Shown piece after piece: positions 54,445 through 64,000 of a stretch of DNA of 64,000 nt. The stretch covers positions 1,798,001 to 1,862,000 of the forward strand of contig CDLV01000009.1 of the NCBI GenBank assembly GCA_001244265.2. The letters are read 5' to 3'. This DNA is from Microbotryum violaceum. Its lineage: Eukaryota. Numbering within the stretch: position 1 is the first letter of the stretch; each line of letters starts with the position of its first letter. The position numbers and the translations under genes are program-made. A model generated the notes under the pieces. It was not told where the DNA came from, did not search any database, and worked only from the letters and a program-made list of their open reading frames with translations.

Positions 54445-56690
54445 TCATCGCCTGCGCTTAACAACAGGCACCCCATCCATCTCCATCTGCTCATCCTCAA
54501 CATCGACCGAGGCACCTCTTCCCAACACCCTCTTGGCTCTGCGCTTCGGTGCAATTGTCCCGGTCGACACGCTTGAATCGGTCGTTCGATTGAGTGCGGT
54601 GGGGGGTGGTAGAAGGTCCTTGGCGGGAGCTTTTAAAGGTTGTGCTTTACTAACCGAGGCCGTCGACCTGGACAAGATGGACGACGACAATTCCTCGCCA
54701 ACTCGACCTCTCATCCTCGTACTCCGAGAAGCGCCGCTAACGGAGCCCGCGAGTGACGAAGGCCTAGTTTTCGTCGAAGCCGACAGTGCGTCACTCGATC
54801 CAAGTAGCCGACTACTCGTCGAGCTGGACAAACTGGGTGTGATCCTCCTCTTGCTGGCCGGGGGCGGAGGTTCGACCGAAGGCGCACGAACTGCCTTCCT
54901 CTTTCTTCGATCACTGACACCTTCCCTTCCCTGTTCCTCTTCGTTCAACTTGGTCGCTTCGAGCTTCTGCAAAACACCCGCTCCCGCTCGTTTTGAGAAT
55001 GGAGCTTTGCCGTTTAAGAGGGATTTATCCCGACTCGCCAGCGGACTAACTCCCATAGGTCTCGCATCTTCTCCAAGACCCCACAAGTCGTTCGCAAGAC
55101 CTTTGAGCGCACTCGAAGCCTGTTGGCGAGCCGTCGATCCTAGTGTCTCGTTCTTGAAAGGCGTCGATACGAACGCACCTGGTGGAGCAGGGGTCTGAGG
55201 GAAAACTTTGGAGTGAAAAGGGGATGCTCGAGGTGTGTCGACCTGGGCAGTTTCGTCAACTTGAATTTCGACCTCGATGGGCTGGTTAGCATCGAGTGAT
55301 TCGTCGATGTGAAGTGATCGTCTCGGTGTGGATTTTCGAGGGGTTGAACGACGTCGGATCGTTTTTTTTGGCGGTGTAGAAGGCGATCGAGGTGGTGAAT
55401 CAATACTGGAAGGCGCTTCGGGAGGCATCTCATCCGACACCACTTCCACAGCTCGCTGTTTGCCTTTTTGTCGATCACTCACGACACGCAGGCGTGACGA
55501 CGATTTACGAAGGGCTGGCACGGGTGGCGGTAGGGGCGCCGGTAGTGACGGAACAGAGGAAAGAGAAGGATAGAGCGACGAAGAGCTGGAAGCGACGGGT
55601 GCTGCTCGTGATGACGTCGAACACAAGAGCGACCCTTCCTCTTTGGCTGACGCAGTCATCGAGAGAGGCTGCAAGCTAGATTCGACAGTGATCGGAGTGG
55701 GCAGGGTGCGCTTCAGCTTGGCTGACGGTGCGAGTGTCGATGCTGGGATGACGACGGTTCGAGCAGTGACCTTGATGTTGTTGTTCTTCGAGTCTGTTGT
55801 ACTTGTAGAAGTCGACTTTTGCACTGCTGCGGCCAGTCGATTCGCCATCGGACCACGTCTCGGCGAGTTCAGGCCTGCGAGGATACTCGGAACCTGCACG
55901 AGAGGGATAACGCAGTGAATTGATGGTGAGCTAGATGACGTGTAACATCCCAATCTTTACAGGAACATACGTCTGGCTGTCTCGACGCCACCCATTTGCT
56001 CCACAGCAGACTCGGCAGGAAGACGATAGCCGCGAGGAGAAAGTCGATGACTTGACCGAGCGCATGACCTAAGGCATCAATCGGGCCTTCGTATCTTCGC
56101 ATGTAGCGCTTGATCTGCTTGAAGACGATTTGTGAACCCTGTGCGGTACAGTACCATGGTTTGACCTATTAGCCACGGGCTCTTGAAGACGATGGGAATG
56201 CCAAGTGACTTGCTGCCCGCTTGAGTGTCCACAGGAACAGCAGCACCATAATCTTGATCTGGCCGTAGAAGGGCACGGCCCATGCGATCGTCCTATCCAC
56301 GATTGACTCGACGCCGACGAAGCATATCTGGGGCAGAACGGGCGCTGGAACAGAGTCAGCTCCTCGTTCGGATTGCTCCTTCGCGTCGCAACGCCCTGCA
56401 ATGGCACCGCGAGTCGCAGGCGACGGACAAATACGACCCATACGGTCAGCTCAGCCTTGATGATACGTGTCCTAGCTCGACTTGAGGTGGTCTTTAGAAC
56501 GTCCTGGCCGACTGCGGTGTAACTACGACGTGTCGACGGCCGGCGGAGAGCTCTCGAGGACGCGAGCAAGTTGGATGATAGCTGATGCAGCAAAGACGGT
56601 GTGGTCAGCAGCTGCGACAAGGGCACAGAAGGATCAACTGGTCACACTCACAACCATCAGCTTCAAGAGAAGCAGCACAGGTCCACCCAT
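54445..56690 (-). CDS. TB2/DP1/HVA22 (REEP/Yop1-like) N-terminal domain protein with long disordered C-terminus
   Basis: VESIVDRTIAWAVPFYGQIKIMVLLFLW...GSQIVFKQIKRYMRRYEGPID fits the HVA22 pattern, followed by a ~480-aa S/P/R/K-rich exon. Confidence 0.7.
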
Positions 56691-59406
56691 GGCTCGTACG
56701 TGACTGGGACCACGGACCCACTGACGTCGACCAGCGCGGTGGTGGTGGGGGGTGGGGGCAAAGAGCACAAGATTGGGCCGGCAAGCACGGCAGCTTCGGT
56801 GATTTCACCGGCCTGCGAGTTTCGAAAATCACCATGTTCACAGCTTTCAGTGATTACCGATATTAAAGACTCAAAATAAAGCTATTAGCATCCCCAAGAG
56901 TAGAATGACGGCGTTGTTCACTGGTCAGCCTTTTGCCGATTTTTTCCTCGCTAAGAATTTCCAGCATGCCACCGAAGGGGATGGACGAAGGAAAAGGATT
57001 GGTGCCGCAGTGTAGGCGGAAGTTTAGCCTAATAAAGGTCCAGCAAAGATGGACAATGTGAAGTGGGTTGAAGCGGGTGAAAAGAGAAGACCGAACGAGT
57101 GGAGGTCTCCCTCGAGTCAAACGCCCATCGGCGCGTGGTGGTAGAAGACTAACTCTCCAACTTGTCGCATACTTCTCCGTCACAACTTACGTTGCGCGCT
57201 GTCAGCGTACACCAGCACAATCTACAGCCATTTGAGTACAAACTTCCTTTTTGGAATGTATCTCTTTTCTCTTGATGAACCGAGAGCTCTCGATTTCCCC
57301 AGCGAATTGTTGAACTAATGCGCAAACTTGAAGTGTAACGAACCGCACGCTGGCGTACGACGAAAGCACTGGCGAGATGACGACCTGAAAATACAGAGGG
57401 AACGAAATTGTAGCGGTCAGTTTTGCCGCGCCGTATTGTTGAGCTAAACCTGGCTAAACTCCTGGCAGCGCCGGACCAGATATGAGGGGGTGGGTGCGCC
57501 TCCTATCAGTGTTTGGCTGAAAGTTTGGACCAATCCGCTCCGCTAGAGGGGCGGCCCACTTCGCTTTCGAGTCGCAGTGGCCCATCTTGCCCCATAACTG
57601 TGTCGCACGCGATGTAACCGATTAAAAGGTCTGGAGACTGAATTGTGGCCTTGTACATAGACAGCAGCTCTTCAATCTCACGAGATCCATCAGGTCTCAA
57701 CAAGTTCAGGCGCCGTTGGCCCGCAAACTCAACACGCCACCTGGCGCTAAGATTACAGGTAGAGGTCTTTTCTTCGTCGGTCTGACTTTGCTTGACCATG
57801 CCAAGGCCGATGAGTCATTCAAAGGGGACAAAGCTGGATGCAGATATACATGCTGGATGAGATCCACCTTGAACTGACCAACTCAATGCGAAATGAACCG
57901 GAGTGTCCCGTCAGAACGCGACTCGAGTCGACTCGCCGAACTGCAGTATTACCTAGAAACCAGGGACATCAGCTGTCCTGGGCACAGAGGAGACGAATTT
58001 AGCCAGCGGTGAGAAACTTTACCCATTGCTTGGTGTGATGTCCGTCTGCCAGGCCTCGGAAGTCGGGAGGATGACATCTTCGATCGGCGCTCGGAGTGCA
58101 TCCGTGCGCAGGAGGATTCGAGAACGACCTCCCGAGCGCGGGCGTGACCTCAGCTTTCTCTCAAACTATCGCTCTTTCTCCTCGCCAGAGTCCGGCGAAG
58201 ATCCCGGCCCCACAAGACAATCAAGCTCCTCGGATGTTTGCATCAAGTTGCATCAAGGTTCCGAGCGAGCGGTGATGCTGAGTAAAGTACACCCATCCAA
58301 CTCTACTGTGCGACGCATTACGTCATCGCATCCGCAGTTTTGCGACCGGTGTCGCAGACTCGGTCCGCGCGTGCCATGTTGTCATCTTGACCTTCTCCCC
58401 GCGCAAGTCTCCAGCGACGGACTGTGAAAGGTCAGTCAGCTCACCAGGTCGGCCATAAACTCAGTTCATCTACCCTCGCATTTCTACAGTTATCGATGCG
58501 AGTGGGATGCTCTACTCCGTGAGTTATCTTGCTGGCCCAACGCGAGCATTGAAGTTGGCAACGGCGAAGCGTTTCAGCGCCGACCCATGATATGTCTGCC
58601 CGCCAGAGCCCCGACCGATCTCTTCGAAATGGGCTTTTCGCAGTAATTCATAAATATAATGAGATGGGGAGAAGGGTTACATTGCATGATTAAGTTTGGC
58701 GTTTTTTTGTGGGGTCGCGTCCGAGAAGCCGTCCCCACAGCTTTAAGTTCGGCTAGGGCGAGTTCGCGGTCCAAGTGAAATCAAAGTAAAATCTGAAACA
58801 TGAAGATATCTAAGGTAGCAAAGGAATGTTATTCTGGCATGTTCTTTGACCTGTTTCATAAAGTATTTGGCTCCAAATCAAACAGCGCACCTGCCACATT
58901 TTGACAACAATCTGAATAAAAACGACCGCAATGTCTATGATCGAGCCACCATCACCACATTCAATACACTACTACCATCGATTGAACCTTTCCCTGAATA
59001 TGGGACATTGCGAACTGGGAGCGCAGCGCGCTGGGGCTGGTCACTGGGTCAGGAGCTTCGATCGCTATGACGCAACCAGATCAGATGATCGATCGGCGAG
59101 CTTCCCAGCCGCGACGAGTTCTTTCGGCCGACCGATGACACCCTCCATCTTTCATCCACCTTTCTCCTGGAGCAGTTGTCCTACAAGAACTACTGTAAGT
59201 GGAGCACGTGCATGATACGATATGATTGTTGGTACTGCTTCATCACAACTCATTGTGCCCGGGCTGACACTTTTTTCGTATATGCTTCTGTGAACTGCCC
59301 TCCTGCGTTTCGATGCTACGGTGCGACATTGGTGCGACGTTGTTGCGCTCAACGGATCCAAACCACCCTTGAACTCTAAACATCGTTCCCAGTACCACAA
59401 ACAATC

Positions 59407-61265
59407 ATGAACACCGCCTCCAACATCATCGGTCACCACATCGGGGATGCTCCCACCGCGACGGAGCACTTCAGCAATCCGGCCGCTGACAAGCAGAGGT
59501 TCGCCGATCCCTCGGGTGCGAACATGCTCGCGTTGGCGTGGCAGGGCAAGAACAACGTGGAGATGATCGAATGTCCCAAGGTAAACCCAAGCTCAGCAAA
59601 GCTTGCCGGATTGTGTATGATTGACCATATCTGGACTTGACAATTGAAACAGCCCAAAATTGTCGATGCGACCGACGCGATCGTAAAGGTGACCGGTACG
59701 ACAGTCTGCGGCTCCGACTTGCACCTCTACCACGGTGCCATTCCCGAGATGTGAGTCTAAACTCTATTCGGACATGGCTGAAGCTCATTGAACCGTGTCT
59801 GTCCTACGCCCCATTCGTGCATTAGGCAAAAAGGTGACATCCTCGGCCACGAATATATGGGTATCATAGAACAAGTCGGCTCAGCGGTTCAGGGTCTAAA
59901 GCCTGGCGATCGAGTCGTCGCCAGCTTTAACATCACCTGTGGAGATTGCTACATGTGCAAGCGTGGACTTACCTCGGGCTGCCAGCAGAGCAACAGCAGC
60001 AAGCTCATGAACGCCCTCTACGGCAATCGAATTGTCGGTATGCTTGGCTACAGCCATTTGACGGGTGGCATGGCGGGTAAGTCCCTCTTTGACCGTCGAA
60101 CTTCGTCATCTAATACGTAAGGTAAGTTAAGCTAATGATCTTCTTATTATTCAATTGCCACGTCTTGCAGGTGGTCAGGCCGAATTTGTTCGTCAGCCCT
60201 TCGCCAGCGCCAACTTGTTTAAGATCCCCGAGTCCATTCCCGACGAGAGCGCTCTCTTCCTCTCCGACGTGCTACCTACCTCGTACCACTGCTGCCATGA
60301 CACTGGAGTCAATAAAGGCGACATCGTTGCCATCTGGGGTGCGTTAGTATGAATGAACCTGATGCTCGTCGGACATCCCGTTGAATGCTCCTGCACCCAT
60401 TTTGCCTCACAGGCCTCGGACCCATCGGACTCGTGAGCAAAACTTCGATTCTTCGAGGGTCTTGTTTGTAACCTGTAACTTCGACTAATCCCTACAGCCC
60501 TCACTTTATTTTTAAAATTATAGTTCGCGGCTAAGTGGGCTCTCCTCGCTGGAGCGTCTCGCATCATCGGCGTCGACAACGTCAAGTGGCGCCTCGAGTA
60601 CGCGCAGCAGAAGCTCGGAGACAAGTTCGAACAGCTCAACTTTGACGAACACAAGGACGTGTCCGCGCGCCTTAACGAGATGACCAAGCCTGGATCTTAT
60701 GGTCTTGACCACACTCGTCCGGCTGGTGTCGATGTCGCGCTCGAGTGTGCCGCGGGCGAGTTCGCGGCCAAGGCGTTCGTTGAGAAAATTGAACTTGCGA
60801 TCGGCCTCGTAACGGATGGGTCGGCGATTATCAACGAGATGATCAAGGCCGTGGTGCCGTTTGGAAGGATCGGCATCACCGGGATCTACGCTGGATGTAA
60901 GCCAAGAATCAGCTTGCCAGCGAGAGATGTACGGCAAAGTGCTAAGACCAGCTGTGTCCGGCGATTCACTTGCAGTTGTCAACCATCTCAACATTGGCGC
61001 GGTGATGCAAAAGGGGGTGCGCTTGATCGGCAATGGCCAGGCTCCGGCGCCTATCTACATTCAGAAGATCATCGACGAGTACCTCATCCCTGGCAAGATC
61101 GACCCTTGCGACCTGATCGTCTCTAACCGCATCAGGCTGGAAGACACGGCTAAGGTGTACAAAACTCTCGACGAGCGCACGGAAAGCTTCGTCAAGGTTT
61201 TCATCGAGACCAAGTACTCGAGCAAGCCTTCGTCCAAGGCGCCTCAAGAAGTGACCGAACTTTGA
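59407..61265 (+). CDS. Zn-dependent medium-chain dehydrogenase (glutathione-independent formaldehyde dehydrogenase-like)
   Basis: [64 protein letters not shown]. Confidence 0.93.
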
Positions 61266-62056
61266 TCCCGTCCGCCTCAGCTTCCAGACTGCGACAGTTC
61301 TAACTCTCAGAAGATCTGCCCGAATTGGCTCGAATGATTTTGTACGACCATGTCTCATAAATTATGGAACTTTTTCGATGGCTTAGTATAGTATGCTAAA
61401 TCAAAAATGCGCCGATTTGTCTGGGTGATCCTCACTGCGAAATGGGCCTATTGAGAATTTCCCTTCCTTTCGGCCATAATCATCTCTTCTCGCTTTAAAG
61501 CGCATCTAGAGGCTTCGTTCCAAATGGGGCGAACTGATCAGACCAGACGATCCAAAACATATGAGACCACTTGTGCATCCCGGCCCGTGCCCGGACCGCT
61601 TTCGAGCGCGAGAAACGGCTCCGACGCGTGAAGCGGGGCGTGGCCTAACGGCCGGACGCGCATTGGACACCGGCCACCGTGACTCCCCGGACTTCCAACT
61701 CCGAGTCCACGCACGACTTACTCATGTGGTTCTTAATTTGCTTCGCCTCTTGACCAGCTCCAAGCAATCCTGCTTGACATTTCATCACTAGGCGTGTCGC
61801 ATTAATCACAAGACTGGATTGCGGACCTAATACCAGCACTCGGAGAGCGTGAGACTGCAGTGTTTTCGGAGAGCGGACGCGCGCTTTGCCCCTGCAACGG
61901 TCAAGTTTGGCTTCACATTTGGAGGCTTTCGTCGCGAGCCCTGCCAGACGACTCGTCGGAACTCACTGGCGCTGCATCAGGATTCAGCCGCACCGCAACC
62001 TCAGTCACGACACAGTCGTCCTGTCGACCTCTTTGGACCTCTCGCAATCTATCAAG

Positions 62057-63153
62057 ATGCAAGCCTGGCTGGCGTTGCTCTGTTTCCTCCTTCTCCGGTT
62101 CGGGCTGGTCAAGCTTGGCGAAGTAGGCGCGACAACTTCTCCGACACTGCGCGACGGACGCGACGGACGCGACGGGGGCGGGGCGGCTGGTCTCCGCAGG
62201 CGCTCAACGGTCGGGCAACACGTCTTCGTCGACTCGCTTTCTGTGGGACGAACAGGTATCGAAGTTCCCAGTATACTAACTTTGCTTGTCACTTCGTCTT
62301 CTCCGAACGTGGAGGAAGATGAAGACGATGACGATCCCAACGGCATACCGGCGCATCACCTGTCGGCTGAGTCCAATCGGGCTCCGGCCCGTTCGTATTC
62401 TACACCACGGAGTAGACCGACCGCTGCAACGGATTTACATGACAACCATTCCGTCTTTGAAACACTATGTACCTTTGTCACAACATTCTTAACATGTGGG
62501 GATTACTTTTCCGTCGAGGAAGGACTTGACCATGCGGTGTTTTGTTCACCCGACGGCATTTGCGGTGGGAAAGGGGCCGCGTGTGGGGCCAATCAAGCCT
62601 GTGCTCGAGGTGAGTTGGTTCCTGCTCACGCGCCTTCAACTGAAGAGAGTGCTTTCACTAAAAACATCACTCCATTCTTCCAGACCTTACCTGTGACTAC
62701 CAAAAACACCGCTGCGTTGGTCTAACCCAGACAAGACTCTCGCGGACCCAAGCGAGGATTGAGGAGAGGAGAAAGTCAGCCGCGGCTTCGTGTCCCCCAG
62801 GGAGCGAGATCTGTCCAAACGGTGCGGGAGGGTTTCAGTGCATTTACACTTCGAGTGAAACGACGGAGTGTGGGGCATGCCTCGCGATGGGAGGTCGGGA
62901 TTGTCATACGATCCCACATGCACTGGCGACGAGTTGTAGGACTGGGGATTGCCTCGTTCGTGAGTGATGGACAGATTTCGATTTGATAAAACCTGAGCAG
63001 AGCTCAAGCCACCTCAAACCTTTTCTTGGTCTTGCAGATGCGTGCTTCGATGGATTCGAGCCTTCGGCGGATGGGGATCAATGTCACGAGGTGGATGGAG
63101 ACGGGAGAGACTCCGTGAAGATCTCTCGGGCGGATTCAAAGCGAATGAGCTAA
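62057..63153 (+). CDS. Secreted Cys-rich protein with PriA/CPL1-like C-terminal domain (3 exons)
   Basis: Signal-like MQAWLALLCFLLLRFGLV; spliced C-terminus CPPGSEICPNGAGGFQCIYTSSETTECGACLAMGGRDCHTIPHALATSCRTGDCLVHACFDGFEPSADGDQC. Confidence 0.8.
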
Positions 63154-64000
63154 GAATTCGGTATGGAGGATCATCTGAATTGTTGTATTGTTCATTCGGG
63201 GCTGTTGTAATGAATCATTTGCTTATCGTTAAAAGTTGGGAGTCTCGCCAGAACGAGAGCCAGCTGCGACTACGGAAAAGGAGGCCTTCATCAGCTCGCT
63301 TTGTCGATCCTTGGCTCCTACCTTCGAGGTTACCGCGGTTGCACACGGGTATCAATTCCAAGTCTCGTTGGCAAGTTGCCTTCAGGGTATTACTGTCGTT
63401 ACTACTGGACGTCCTGTCGGTCAAGCTCCAGAATCTCCCGTGTTTGTCGCGCAAAGCGAAGCTCAAGGCGAATCGCAGAGGAAGTAGCCTCATAAGAGGG
63501 GTCACTTGAAAGGTCCTCGCGATGCTCATGGAATCCATCGTCCTCCGAGTTCGGCTTGCCACACTCGTGGTGGCAAAGGTCATTGGTCCGGCAATTCGGA
63601 CTGATTTCTGCCCAATTCATTCGACTGGCCAAATGTCAAGAATGAGTCACTCCCCACTCGGGACTGCGCGCTGTCGCCTTTCCCGCGCAACTGGCACCGC
63701 GACCAGTCCGTCGGCGGGGATCGTGGCTCCGCGGCTCCGGCTCAGCCGTCAGAAAACTTCAACGAGCTTCGAGACTGCGCTAAGCCTCTTTAGTTCACCC
63801 GTTCGGGTCTAACCGCGAGTGTTGGGATGTATCCTCGGACAAAGTCCGTGTACGGTAAATGGAAGACGTGAGACGACGACTCAGTACGTGCAGTGAGGGC
63901 CGACCGTCGGCGCTGACTATCTCTCCCGGCGGTTGCGGTGCCGACTGCCATAACAAAGCGCACCTTGGTCTACCCTGTGTATACTCTTCTTTTTCAATAT

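Noticed and set aside
54314..55198. 294-aa plus-strand ORF
   Set aside because: Antisense to the HVA22-like gene's long exon, with no motifs.
57500..58450. Short ORFs in the HVA22-MDR intergenic region
   Set aside because: No recognisable domain or element boundaries; possibly decayed sequence.
61555..61740. GC-rich block with weak terminal inverted similarity (possible old MITE)
   Set aside because: The IR is too degenerate and there is no TSD.
63215..64000. Possible minus-strand gene at the window end
   Set aside because: No consistent frame, splice pattern or motif could be established.

Overview
Eukaryotic, intron-rich fungal DNA with short GT-AG introns and CTRAC/CTAAC branch sites. 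It looks basidiomycete, and Pucciniomycotina/Microbotryomycetes is a guess from gene and transposon style only. The left ~9.3 kb is a nested mobile-element cluster: a decayed, intron-containing Helitron RepHel gene with a canonical hairpin-CTGG 3' end, two large diverged palindromes upstream of it, a foldback mini-LTR derived from the Copia family found at 46-51 kb, and split or duplicated pieces of a membrane-protein gene. The middle is gene-dense: PP2C (Ptc1-like), BSD-domain protein, GILT, mitochondrial mL57, a Kex2-type six-cysteine secreted peptide, PI-PLC, GH36/Sip1, LMW-PTP, cyclophilin PPIL3, AlkB-type dioxygenase and DUF1295, plus a 242-bp MITE with an 8-bp TSD. At 46025-50888 is a near-intact Ty1/Copia element with a 5-bp TSD, a half-tRNA-type PBS, a single in-frame stop and unequal LTRs. 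To its right are orphan gene fragments (a polyQ C-terminus and a Tls1/C9orf78-like pseudogene with (AAG)23), an HVA22/REEP-like gene, a Zn-dependent MDR dehydrogenase and a PriA/CPL1-like secreted protein. All exon structures and family calls come from manual reading and motif recall; no database searches were run.
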